64,000 nt of DNA from Verrucomicrobiia bacterium (lineage in GTDB: Bacteria; Verrucomicrobiota; Verrucomicrobiia; Limisphaerales; UBA11358). The DNA lies in the NCBI GenBank assembly GCA_035945675.1, contig DASZAB010000034.1, positions 30,255-94,254 on the forward strand, written 5' to 3'. Positions 30,047 to 38,833 of this stretch are shown piece after piece. The notes under the pieces were generated by a model. The model searched no databases, was not told the origin of the DNA, and was given only the letters and a program-made list of their open reading frames with translations. How positions within the stretch are numbered: position 1 is the stretch's first letter; each line of letters starts with the position of its first letter. The translations under genes and the position numbers were made by a program.

Positions 30047-30448
30047 ATGGATTATGCTGCCCTGGTGGCCTTTGATTCTCAAATTGCGCAAGGCATCGTT
30101 TACCTGACGTTTCGCGGACACGTTACGGCTGAAGACATTCGGGACATGACAGATTTGCTCACGAAAATCGAAACCAAGGCGAAGGTATCTCCCGACCGGA
30201 TAGCTGACCTTTCGGCGATTGAGGGGGTGAGCTTGAACTTCTCGGCGATAGTCAATTATGCGGCCGCCAGGCGAATCGCACCGCTGAAGAACCGGGTGAA
30301 AGCGGCGATCGTGGCCCCGGACCCGCTTCAATACGGATTTGCGCGCATGTTTCAAACGCTGAATGTTAATCCGGACATCAGCATGGAGATCTTTACTGAC
30401 AAGGACAGCAGTTTGGTATGGATTTCCGCAGGGCAACGGCGACGTTAG
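30047..30448 (+). CDS. Hypothetical protein, possibly STAS/SpoIIAA-like
   Basis: 133 aa, protein-like composition. The fold assignment is only a guess from the sequence pattern. Confidence 0.45.
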   Translation: MDYAALVAFDSQIAQGIVYLTFRGHVTAEDIRDMTDLLTKIETKAKVSPDRIADLSAIEGVSLNFSAIVNYAAARRIAPLKNRVKAAIVAPDPLQYGFARMFQTLNVNPDISMEIFTDKDSSLVWISAGQRRR

Positions 30449-30583
30449 TGTAGTGATATGGCCTTCCAGGGCTGAGCAGCCTTGAACGTTGGCCGGAGAA
30501 TTGCTGCTGCAATGCGCATCAGGGCTTGCGGCTGCCGTTTAGAATCAGGCTGCCCAGCCTTGTAGTCGCAAGTCCCTGATATT

Positions 30584-31090
30584 TTACCCGGCCTCGGCCG
30601 CCGGCCGAAGTGCCTCTGGAAGCTGACTCCCATCGGCCGTCGCCTCTTGCAGCCAGGCCATGTTGGACAGCGACTGTTTATGAGCGAGGAATTTCTTCAC
30701 GTTGTCAGCCAGCCAGGTGATGTCGTTGAGGGCTTCCTGTCCCATCCAGTGCCAGATGAAATCCCGGCCCATCTTCTGCGCGCACCCGATGAATTGTTTT
30801 ACGGTCCAACCCAGTTCGCCGGCCTCATGAGCTTCATCTCCCAACAGGCCGATGATTAATCGGAAATCCGGCGGTTCCGTTTTCTCACCCGCCAGCGCCT
30901 CCAACCATTCAATCAGTTTGGGTTCACGCTGGTCGAGAGAGCTGAGGGCGATGACCAGCACATCCGCCTCCGCCGCCTCCTGGAGCATTATTTTCCTGAT
31001 CGGTTGGCTGGCCTTGAAGGAATCGAGATTCCACATTTCACAGCAGGTTTTCCATATTTCATGCTGCTTCTCCTGTCGTCTCAAAAGCAT
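30584..31090 (-). CDS. Hypothetical protein
   Basis: 168-aa ORF with non-repetitive, protein-like composition. No motif recognised. Confidence 0.45.
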   Translation of the reverse strand: MLLRRQEKQHEIWKTCCEMWNLDSFKASQPIRKIMLQEAAEADVLVIALSSLDQREPKLIEWLEALAGEKTEPPDFRLIIGLLGDEAHEAGELGWTVKQFIGCAQKMGRDFIWHWMGQEALNDITWLADNVKKFLAHKQSLSNMAWLQEATADGSQLPEALRPAAEAG

Positions 31091-31305
31091 GAGACAGCGC
31101 GCCCGGAAATAAATTCAATCGGGCCGGCTTTGAAACGCAATTCAGGCACAAACACAGTGGAAAGCGCTGCGAAGTCAGGCCTGCTCCCTCCATTACCGTT
31201 CGCTGCCGGCAATCGTGTGGAGATTTCTCCATGAAAAAATCGCCGACATTTCTTGTAACTTCGGCTGATTTTTGCCTAAGTAATGTTTAAACCCTGTGAC
31301 TGATT

Positions 31306-32091
31306 ATGGAAACCACGGCCCCCATCCCTGAACCACAAGCCGCCGTGCCGCAACCGCCGGCGACGTCGCTGGCCGGAAAATTGTTTAACGTCATCGCCGC
31401 GCCCGGTGAAGTATTCAGCGAGATAACCGCTGCGCCGGCGCGCTCGGCCAACTGGCTTGTGCCAGCGTTGATTTACGCCGTGATCGGCGTGGTTTCCGTG
31501 TGCATCATGTTTGCCCAGCCGGCGATTCAACAAACCATTCACGACCAGCAGGTCAAGGCGCTCGACCAGCGGGTGCAACAGGGCAAGATGACCCAGGCGC
31601 AAGAAGACCAGGCGTTACAGGCGATGGACAAATTCATGGGGCCGACGATGCTGGCGGCTTTTGGCAGTGTGGCCGTGGTCATCTACAGTTTCGCCTCAAT
31701 TTTCTGGTGGGCTTTGGTGCTGTGGCTGCTGGGACGCTGGTTCCTCAAGGCACGGTTGGGTTATCTGAAAGTCGTGGAAGTTGCCGGATTGGCATCGGTG
31801 ATTCTTGTCCTGGGCATCATCGTTGCGACGCTGCTGTCGGTGATTCTCGGGCGGCTTTATGGCGGGCCAAGCCTGGGCTTGTTGGTGAGCGATTTTGATC
31901 CAACCAGGCGCGTTCACCTCCTGCTGGGCGCGGCCAACGCCGTTTATTTCTGGCACACGGCGGTGCTGGGTGTCGGTCTGGCCAAACTCTCCGGTGGGTC
32001 AACGGCCAAAACCGTGATGGTCGTCTTCACCTGCTGGGTGGTGGCGGAGTTGTTGTTGATCGCTGTCGGGCTGGGTCAGTGGACCCTGTAA
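31306..32091 (+). CDS. Yip1-domain membrane protein
   Basis: Pro-rich N-terminus, then five predicted TM helices. The pattern LFNVIAAPGEVFSEI..ANWLVPALI is typical of Yip1/DUF1282 proteins. Confidence 0.65.
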   Translation: METTAPIPEPQAAVPQPPATSLAGKLFNVIAAPGEVFSEITAAPARSANWLVPALIYAVIGVVSVCIMFAQPAIQQTIHDQQVKALDQRVQQGKMTQAQEDQALQAMDKFMGPTMLAAFGSVAVVIYSFASIFWWALVLWLLGRWFLKARLGYLKVVEVAGLASVILVLGIIVATLLSVILGRLYGGPSLGLLVSDFDPTRRVHLLLGAANAVYFWHTAVLGVGLAKLSGGSTAKTVMVVFTCWVVAELLLIAVGLGQWTL

Positions 32092-32156
32092 AAACACTTA
32101 GAAATTATAATTTCCAGAAACTAATTTCCGTTCATCCTGTCTTTATATCTGACACT

Positions 32157-33524
32157 ATGGCAAAACCTGGTAAACGCCGGAAAATCATCATCTTTTCAGC
32201 CATTGGCCTGGTACTCGTCGCGCTGGCGCTGGTAGCTGTTTTCAAGAAGCGCGCACCGGTCATCACGGTGCAAACGGAAAAGGTTTCACGCCACAGCCTC
32301 ACCAACATCGTGGTGGCCAACGGTCAAATTCAACCGGTCGTGCAGGTCACCATCAGCCCGGAGGTCAACGGCGAGATCATTGATCTGCCGGTCAAGGAAG
32401 GCCAACAGGTTAAAAAGGGCGATTTGCTCGTGAAAATCAACCCGGACGTCTATATCGCGGCGGTCAATCAGGCCAAGGCCAACTACGAAGCGGCGGTGGC
32501 GGCCAAAACTTCGGCGGCGGCGAATCTGGAAAAGGCCGAGGCGGACTACAAACGCAATCTGGCCTTATTCAATATCAAACTGCTTTCAGAATCGGATTTT
32601 ATCGGATTCAAAGCCGCGCGCGATGTGGCCAAGGCGCAGTTGGATAGTGCCGAAGATCAGGTTAATGTCCAGAAGGCGGCGGTGGACAGCGCCGAGGAGC
32701 AATTGGCGAAAACCACCATCCTTTCGCCGCTGACCGGCACCATCACCGACTTGAATTCCGAGGTGGGCGAGCGCGTGTTGGGCACGACCTACAACATGGG
32801 AACTTCCATTATGACTGTCTCGGATTTGAACCGGATCGAGGCGCGGGTGAACGTGGGGGAAATTGATGTGGTGGGCATCGCGCCCGGCCAGAAGGCCCGG
32901 CTGCAAGTGGATGCCTTCAAGGACCGCAAATTCACCGGTGTGGTCACCGCGGTCGCCAATTCCGCCCTGGGTTCGGGTCTAAGCAGTTCGCTCGGCGGCG
33001 GGAGCAGCAGTGGCGGCCAATCCCAGCAGGCCACCCAGTTTGAGGTCCGCATCCGTGTCAATGATAAGGAACCGGCGTTCCGTCCCGGCATGTCCGTGAC
33101 GGCGGAAATCGAAACCGAGTATCGCACCAACGCCTTGACGGTTCCCCTGGCCAGCGTCACCACCCGTCCGATGAAACCGGAGTTGAAGGTCGATCCGGTC
33201 AAAAACGGTGAAACGAATGCCGTCGTTTCCGCCGCTTCGGGCACGAACGCGGTCGCCGGCACCAACACCCTGGCATCCGCCTCGAAGGCCAAGGAATCCT
33301 CCAAACCGACGGACGTGGTCTTCGTGGTGGAAGGCGACCATGTAAAAACCTTGCCGGTGAAAATCGGCATTTGCGATGACAACTACTGGGAAATCACCGA
33401 CGGCCTTACCAATGGCGAGGAAATTGTTTCGGGCGGCTACCGGGCGGTCGGCCGTGATTTGCAGGATGGCTCAAAAATCCGGGTTGGCCCGGCCGGGATG
33501 GACACCGAGGCGCAAAAGAAATGA
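32157..33524 (+). CDS. Efflux periplasmic adaptor (MacA/HlyD family)
   Basis: N-terminal anchor, coiled-coil hairpin (AKANYEAAVAAK..AKAQLDSAEDQ), LAKTTILSPLTGTITD lipoyl-like motif, beta-barrel segments. Confidence 0.85.
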   Translation: MAKPGKRRKIIIFSAIGLVLVALALVAVFKKRAPVITVQTEKVSRHSLTNIVVANGQIQPVVQVTISPEVNGEIIDLPVKEGQQVKKGDLLVKINPDVYIAAVNQAKANYEAAVAAKTSAAANLEKAEADYKRNLALFNIKLLSESDFIGFKAARDVAKAQLDSAEDQVNVQKAAVDSAEEQLAKTTILSPLTGTITDLNSEVGERVLGTTYNMGTSIMTVSDLNRIEARVNVGEIDVVGIAPGQKARLQVDAFKDRKFTGVVTAVANSALGSGLSSSLGGGSSSGGQSQQATQFEVRIRVNDKEPAFRPGMSVTAEIETEYRTNALTVPLASVTTRPMKPELKVDPVKNGETNAVVSAASGTNAVAGTNTLASASKAKESSKPTDVVFVVEGDHVKTLPVKIGICDDNYWEITDGLTNGEEIVSGGYRAVGRDLQDGSKIRVGPAGMDTEAQKK

Positions 33525-33607
33525 TCAAGCTTTCGTGAAAAGTGAAACGGGATGCGTGAACGCGGCGCCAACCGGCCTCACCTTTCACGTTTCACGCATC
33601 AATCAAC

Positions 33608-34303
33608 ATGAGACTGATCCTGCTCCAGAACATTTCGCGCCGTTACCAAATGGGCGCGGAAACCGTCCACGCCCTGCGCGACGTGTCCTTGGAAATCCAG
33701 CGCGGCGAATACGTCGCCATCATGGGGCCGTCCGGCTCCGGCAAATCCACGTTGATGAATTTGATCGGTTGTCTCGATACGCCCAGCGCCGGGCATTATG
33801 GGCTGAATGGCGTCAGCATCAGCGAAATGGATGACAACCAGCTCGCGGAGATTCGCAACCGCGAGATCGGCTTCGTCTTCCAGACCTTCAACCTGCTGGC
33901 CCGTTCGAACGCGCTGCACAATGTCGAGTTGCCGTTGATTTACGCCGGGATATCCGCCGAGGAACGCCGCCACCTGGCCCTGGCAGCGCTGGCGCAGGTC
34001 GGCCTGACCGACCGCATTCATCACAAACCCAACGAGCTTTCCGGCGGCCAGCGCCAGCGGGTGGCGGTCGCCCGCGCCCTGGTCAACAAACCCTCGTTGC
34101 TGCTGGCCGACGAACCAACGGGCAATCTGGACTCCAAGACCGGCGCGGAAATCATGGCGTTGTTTGACGACCTCTCCCGGAAGGGCAATACCATCATCGT
34201 CGTCACACACGAAGAGGACATCGCCAAACACGCCCGCCGTATCATCCGGCTCCGTGACGGTTTGATTGCCAGCGACGAGAAGAAGGTCCCGGGGCCGGGA
34301 TGA
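33608..34303 (+). CDS. ABC transporter ATP-binding protein (MacB/LolD type)
   Basis: Walker [11 protein letters not shown]-loop, signature LSGGQRQR, Walker [13 protein letters not shown]. Confidence 0.95.
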   Translation: MRLILLQNISRRYQMGAETVHALRDVSLEIQRGEYVAIMGPSGSGKSTLMNLIGCLDTPSAGHYGLNGVSISEMDDNQLAEIRNREIGFVFQTFNLLARSNALHNVELPLIYAGISAEERRHLALAALAQVGLTDRIHHKPNELSGGQRQRVAVARALVNKPSLLLADEPTGNLDSKTGAEIMALFDDLSRKGNTIIVVTHEEDIAKHARRIIRLRDGLIASDEKKVPGPG

Positions 34304-34403
34304 ATGGATGGCTGGATAAATAGATTTATGGAAAACAACCAGCATAGCCGAACCACCAGAGGATATGACTCCCTGATCCATTTATCCATCAATCCACCCA
34401 TCC
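34298..34403. repeat. GGAT/ATCC-rich inverted-repeat element G1 in an operon spacer
   Basis: Left arm GGATGAATGGATGGCTGGATAAAT and right arm GATCCATTTATCCATCAATCCACCCATCC are imperfectly complementary. Confidence 0.7.
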
Positions 34404-34404
34404 A

Positions 34405-35634
34405 GTGAAGTTTCTTGCCGAAATCAACGAAAGTCTGGGCATTTCCTGGAATGCGCTGCGCGCAAACAAGATGCGCTCGGTGCTGGCCACGCTGGGGATT
34501 GTCATCGGCATCCTCACCGTCACGCTCATGGGCGCAGCCATTAATGGCTTGAATCAGGCGTTCATCAGAAACGTTTCCGCCCTCGGTGCGGACGTGTTCT
34601 ACGTCTCGCGTTTTAAGTGGTTCAATAACACCTATGAAGACTGGGTGAGCATGCGCAAGCGTCCCAAAATCACTCTTGCGGAATCGGACGCTCTGGCCCG
34701 ACAACTGACGTTGGCCGACGCCGTCGCGCCGACTGCGGACAATGAAGATTCGGTTAAATATAAAAATCGCAGTGCCAGCAGCGTGGACGTCGTGGGCACC
34801 ACCGAGGCCTATCTGCAAACCAGCGGAGTGGACGTGGCCCAGGGCCGGTTCCTGACCGCGGCGGATGCCCGGGGCGGCCAGCCAACCTGTGTCATTGGCA
34901 ATGACGTCGCCACCAATCTCTTTCGCGCGGATCCGCCGCTGGGTGAACGCATCAAAATTGAAGACCAATCTTTTCTCGTGGTCGGTGTGCTGGAGAAACA
35001 GGGGACCATGTTCGGCTACAGCCTCGACAACCGGGTGATCATTCCTTTGAGACAGTATATCGGTTTGATCGAAAGAAATCCCGGCATTGATATTCAGGTG
35101 AAAGTCGGGGATTTGGCCCATCTGGATGAAGCCCGGGAGGAGTTGCGCCAGACGATGCGCCGCATCCGCCATCTCCGGCCAAACCAGCCCGATAATTTTT
35201 CCATCAACCAGCAGGATGAGATCGTCAAATGGTTCCATGACCAGACTGCCACCATCGCCGTCATCGGTTTGTTCGTCACGAGCCTGGCGCTGTTCGTCGG
35301 CGGCATCGGCATCATGAACATCATGTTTGTTTCCGTGGTCGAGCGGACGCGGGAGATCGGTGTGCGCAAGGCGATTGGCGCCAAACGCCGCAATATTTTG
35401 CTGCAATTTCTGATCGAGTCCGCCAGCGTTTGCCTGATGGGCGGCCTGATCGGGCTGGGCATCGCCTGGGTGATATCGCTCGCCGTTTCGAAGTGGCTGT
35501 TTCCGGCGACCCTGTCTGTGACCATTGTTACCCTGTCCCTGCTCGTGTCACTGTTGACGGGGGTGATTTCCGGTTTCCTGCCGGCCTGGCGCGCCGCGCG
35601 CATGGATCCGGTGGAGGCATTAAGAAGCGAATAA
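34405..35634 (+). CDS. ABC transporter permease (MacB/FtsX family) 1
   Basis: GTG start. MacB_PCD-like periplasmic domain between TM1 and TM2. C-terminal FtsX motif GIMNIMFVSVVERTREIGVRKAIGA. Confidence 0.9.
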   Translation: MKFLAEINESLGISWNALRANKMRSVLATLGIVIGILTVTLMGAAINGLNQAFIRNVSALGADVFYVSRFKWFNNTYEDWVSMRKRPKITLAESDALARQLTLADAVAPTADNEDSVKYKNRSASSVDVVGTTEAYLQTSGVDVAQGRFLTAADARGGQPTCVIGNDVATNLFRADPPLGERIKIEDQSFLVVGVLEKQGTMFGYSLDNRVIIPLRQYIGLIERNPGIDIQVKVGDLAHLDEAREELRQTMRRIRHLRPNQPDNFSINQQDEIVKWFHDQTATIAVIGLFVTSLALFVGGIGIMNIMFVSVVERTREIGVRKAIGAKRRNILLQFLIESASVCLMGGLIGLGIAWVISLAVSKWLFPATLSVTIVTLSLLVSLLTGVISGFLPAWRAARMDPVEALRSE

Positions 35635-35640
35635 TGAAAA

Positions 35641-35740
35641 ACTGGATGAATGGATTTTTGGATCAATGGATTATTGAGGCCGTGAACGGCCGCGTATTGA
35701 ATTCATTGATCCATCAATCCAATAATCCAATAATCCAATC
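35641..35740. repeat. GGAT/ATCC-rich inverted-repeat element G2 in an operon spacer
   Basis: CTGGATGAATGGATTTTTGGATCAATGGATTATTGAG ... ATTGATCCATCCAATCCAATAATCC-type arms around a GGCCG-tgaa-CGGCC loop. Related to G1. Confidence 0.7.
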
Positions 35741-35746
35741 TTTGTC

Positions 35747-37006
35747 ATGACCCGACACCCAACCCGGTTGCTTGGTGAAATTCGCGAGAGCTTCGGGATG
35801 GCCCTGAACGCGCTGGCGGCGCACAAGCTGCGCTCGGCGCTCACGCTGCTCGGCGTGTTGATCGGCGTGTTTTCCATCATCGTCGTCATGACCGCTATGC
35901 GCGTGCTGGAGCGGGACGTCGAATCGAACCTGAGTCAGTTGGGTGGCCAGACGTTCGCCGTCCAGAAATGGCCGGCCGTCCAGTTCGGCGACCGGTCCGA
36001 CTGGGAAAAATACTGGCGCCGCAAGGACATCACCATCGAGCAGGGCCAAACGGTTGAGGAAAAGGCCACGCTCGCCGCGGCCGTCGGCATCGAAGGCCAG
36101 TTTTGGAGCGGCGGCATCCAGACCCGCTACACCAAGACCGCGCCCACCGTGCAGATGTTCGGCGAAACGCCCGGCAGTTTCCTCGCGCACAACTGGATTC
36201 CTGAGGAGGGCCGCGTTCTGGTGGATAGCGACATTGACGACGCCCGTGACGTCTGCGTGCTGGGCAGCGCCCTGGCTAAAACCGTTTTCCCCTTCGGTTC
36301 AGCCATTGGCGAAGAACTCAAAATCAACGGCATTCCCTACGCCGTCGTCGGCGTCCTGGCGTCCAAAGGCGCTTCGCTGGGCGGCAATCAGGACAACTTT
36401 GCCATCGTGCCCCTCACCACGGCGCTCGACCGCTACGGCCTGCGCTGGACCGGCCTGAGCATCCTGGTCCAGGCGCGCAGCGCGGCCAGTTACGGTGATT
36501 GCGAAGAACAGGTCCGCAGCATCCTGCGGGCGGCCCGCAAAGTGCGGCCCGGCCAGCCGGACGATTTCGAGTTGTTCTCCAACGACTCGTTAATCGCGCA
36601 ATTCGACACGTTCACCCGCGCGGTGCGCATAGGCGTGACTGTCGTCAGCTCCATTGCGCTCATCGCCGCCGGCGTCGGCATCATGAACATCATGCTGGTT
36701 TCGGTGACGGAACGGACGCGCGAAATTGGCGTCCGCCGGGCCGTCGGCGCCAAGCGCCGGAACATCATGGGACAATTCATCATGGAAGCGGTGGTGCTCT
36801 GTGAAATCGGCGGTGTGATCGGCGTGGTCTTTGGCATTCTCGGCGGCAACGTCCTCGCCTGGTTCATGAAAGTGCCGCCGGCCATCCCGGTGGACTGGAT
36901 TGTGCTGGGCCTGCTGATTTGTTCCATTGTCGGGGTCGTTTTCGGAACCTATCCGGCTTACAAGGCGGCGAACCTCGACCCCATCGAATCGTTAAGGTAC
37001 GAGTAA
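35747..37006 (+). CDS. ABC transporter permease (MacB/FtsX family) 2
   Basis: Paralog of the preceding permease. GIMNIMLVSVTERTREIGVRRAVGA. Confidence 0.9.
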   Translation: MTRHPTRLLGEIRESFGMALNALAAHKLRSALTLLGVLIGVFSIIVVMTAMRVLERDVESNLSQLGGQTFAVQKWPAVQFGDRSDWEKYWRRKDITIEQGQTVEEKATLAAAVGIEGQFWSGGIQTRYTKTAPTVQMFGETPGSFLAHNWIPEEGRVLVDSDIDDARDVCVLGSALAKTVFPFGSAIGEELKINGIPYAVVGVLASKGASLGGNQDNFAIVPLTTALDRYGLRWTGLSILVQARSAASYGDCEEQVRSILRAARKVRPGQPDDFELFSNDSLIAQFDTFTRAVRIGVTVVSSIALIAAGVGIMNIMLVSVTERTREIGVRRAVGAKRRNIMGQFIMEAVVLCEIGGVIGVVFGILGGNVLAWFMKVPPAIPVDWIVLGLLICSIVGVVFGTYPAYKAANLDPIESLRYE

Positions 37007-37115
37007 AAACCCCGCAGGATGCCGGGGATTGGCAGCTTTTTTGCTTTGAACGGCTTTTGTCGGCACCCGGTCTAATGCACAACAACAAGGATTTTTTTCA
37101 GGAGAAGTCATAAAA

Positions 37116-38831
37116 ATGCGATGGCTGTTTTTCTTATTTTGCGCCGCCCTTGGGCTGGCGCTGCTGGCCTGCGGTCTGCTGGTGCCCATGCACCTGCGGG
37201 CCGTGGATGCCGGCGTTCTGGCAAGGGCCGGCCGGAACGGTCCCGCCCTGCTGGATGAGGGGAAGACGCTGGCGGGCGAACAAAAGCTGGGCACGGCCCA
37301 GATGCTCATGCAGGCGGCGCGGCTGGAGACATTTCCGGGCTGGGACCGGCTCGACCAGCGGATCGCCAGCCAGGCGCGGCAAAATCCGGCGGCATTGATG
37401 TGGGGCGCTGACACGCGCGTGAAAAGTCTTTTTCCGGGTAACACCCCGCTGTCGAGAGCCGGCGCGGAACCTTTTACCGATTTCATCGTCCGGCAGAAGA
37501 ATCGTGATGCGGCGCTCGCCGCTTTAAACCGTTCGTCCACGTTGGCGGTGCAGGGCTTGATGCGCAGCCGTTCTCTGACCAAAACCGTTCTGCTGCCGCC
37601 GTCATCGTCGGCTTCAGGCCAGGCCTTCGATGCGGCGGTGTCGGTTTGCGGACTGTTGTCCGATGACGGGCATTTGACCACCCGCTTAAACCGCGGCATT
37701 GCCACACTGGCCGAGCGGGCCAACCAGGGTGGCAATACCAGGCCGCTCGAGGAAGTGCTGATGGATTTCCTGTCGTTGGGCGAACGGTTCAATTGGGACC
37801 AGCTCGTGGCGTTCGTGGCGCAAATCCCGGACCCGGAGACGCTCCACCAACTGGCTGGCGAAGCCCGCGCCGCCGGAACGAATCTGCCCGTGCTCTTTGC
37901 CGCCGTCGAATTATCGGGCAAGCCTGCGGCGGTGGCCGGATATTTGGCCAAATTCAGCCAGACCGGCTTGAAAGACCTCGGCGCCAGCCTGGCGTATGGC
38001 GGGGCCGGGGTGGGGGAACTGGCGCAGCGCGGCCAGCGCTTTTACCGCCCGGATTGGGAACGGCGCGTCACCGCATTGCAGTCGGTGGACAATTTCTTTT
38101 CCCGTGCGGCCGATTTAGGTTTGCAGCAGCCGCAATTGGCCCTGGCGGGCAAGTGGCTCGCCTATCTGCTCGCCGGATTTTTCCTGGCGGCAGCCTTGCA
38201 TTTTGCGCGCCCCGCCGTTTCAACGCTGGAGCGTCCGTTGCAAGTCCGCGGCTTCCATCTGGTCCGGGAGTTTCTATTTTCGCTGGGGTTCCTGTTCGTG
38301 GTCCTGCTCCTGAGCGAGCCGTTTCTCGCCCAGGAGAGCCAGAAAGGGGGATTCTCCTTTCGACTATTGCCGCTCACGACGGGCGGCATGGTCCCCGCGG
38401 GGATTGCCGGCATCCAACAAACCATCATGAACCCAATCATCCTGTTAACCCTGCTGCTGTTTTTCGTGCTACAGTCGCTGCTTTACATTTCGTGCCTCGT
38501 CAAGCTGGCCGAAATCCGCCGGCAACGAGTGCCGCCGCGCATGAAGCTCAGACTGCTGGAAAATGAAGATCACCTGTTCGACGCCGGCCTTTACCTCGGC
38601 TTCGTCGGCACCATCATCTCGCTGATTATCGCCTCGCTGGGACTGGTGAAATTCAGCCTCATGGCGGCGTATTCCTCCACGTCGTTCGGCATCATCTTCG
38701 TGGTCATCTTCAAAATTTTCCACCTGCGCCCGGCCCGCCGGAAATTATTGCTGGAAGCTGAAGCGGGAACTCCTCCTGGACCCGACGCGGGCTACGTTCC
38801 GTCGGCGACCGCGACCACCCCTGCCTACTAG
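37116..38831 (+). CDS. Polytopic membrane protein: about 320-aa extracytoplasmic N-domain plus a C-terminal MotA/TolQ/ExbB-like two-helix signature
   Basis: AGGAG about 10 nt upstream of the ATG. N-terminal TM helix, then five more TM helices. LGFVGT (aa 494-499) and TSFG (aa 522-525) align to the PF01618 LGLLGT / TaxG helices. Confidence 0.75.
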   Translation: MRWLFFLFCAALGLALLACGLLVPMHLRAVDAGVLARAGRNGPALLDEGKTLAGEQKLGTAQMLMQAARLETFPGWDRLDQRIASQARQNPAALMWGADTRVKSLFPGNTPLSRAGAEPFTDFIVRQKNRDAALAALNRSSTLAVQGLMRSRSLTKTVLLPPSSSASGQAFDAAVSVCGLLSDDGHLTTRLNRGIATLAERANQGGNTRPLEEVLMDFLSLGERFNWDQLVAFVAQIPDPETLHQLAGEARAAGTNLPVLFAAVELSGKPAAVAGYLAKFSQTGLKDLGASLAYGGAGVGELAQRGQRFYRPDWERRVTALQSVDNFFSRAADLGLQQPQLALAGKWLAYLLAGFFLAAALHFARPAVSTLERPLQVRGFHLVREFLFSLGFLFVVLLLSEPFLAQESQKGGFSFRLLPLTTGGMVPAGIAGIQQTIMNPIILLTLLLFFVLQSLLYISCLVKLAEIRRQRVPPRMKLRLLENEDHLFDAGLYLGFVGTIISLIIASLGLVKFSLMAAYSSTSFGIIFVVIFKIFHLRPARRKLLLEAEAGTPPGPDAGYVPSATATTPAY

Positions 38832-38833
38832 TC

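Noticed and set aside
33599-35406. Minus-strand ORFs 33599..34381 and 34021..35406
   Set aside because: They are antisense to the ABC ATPase and FtsX permease, both of which carry Walker and FtsX motifs.
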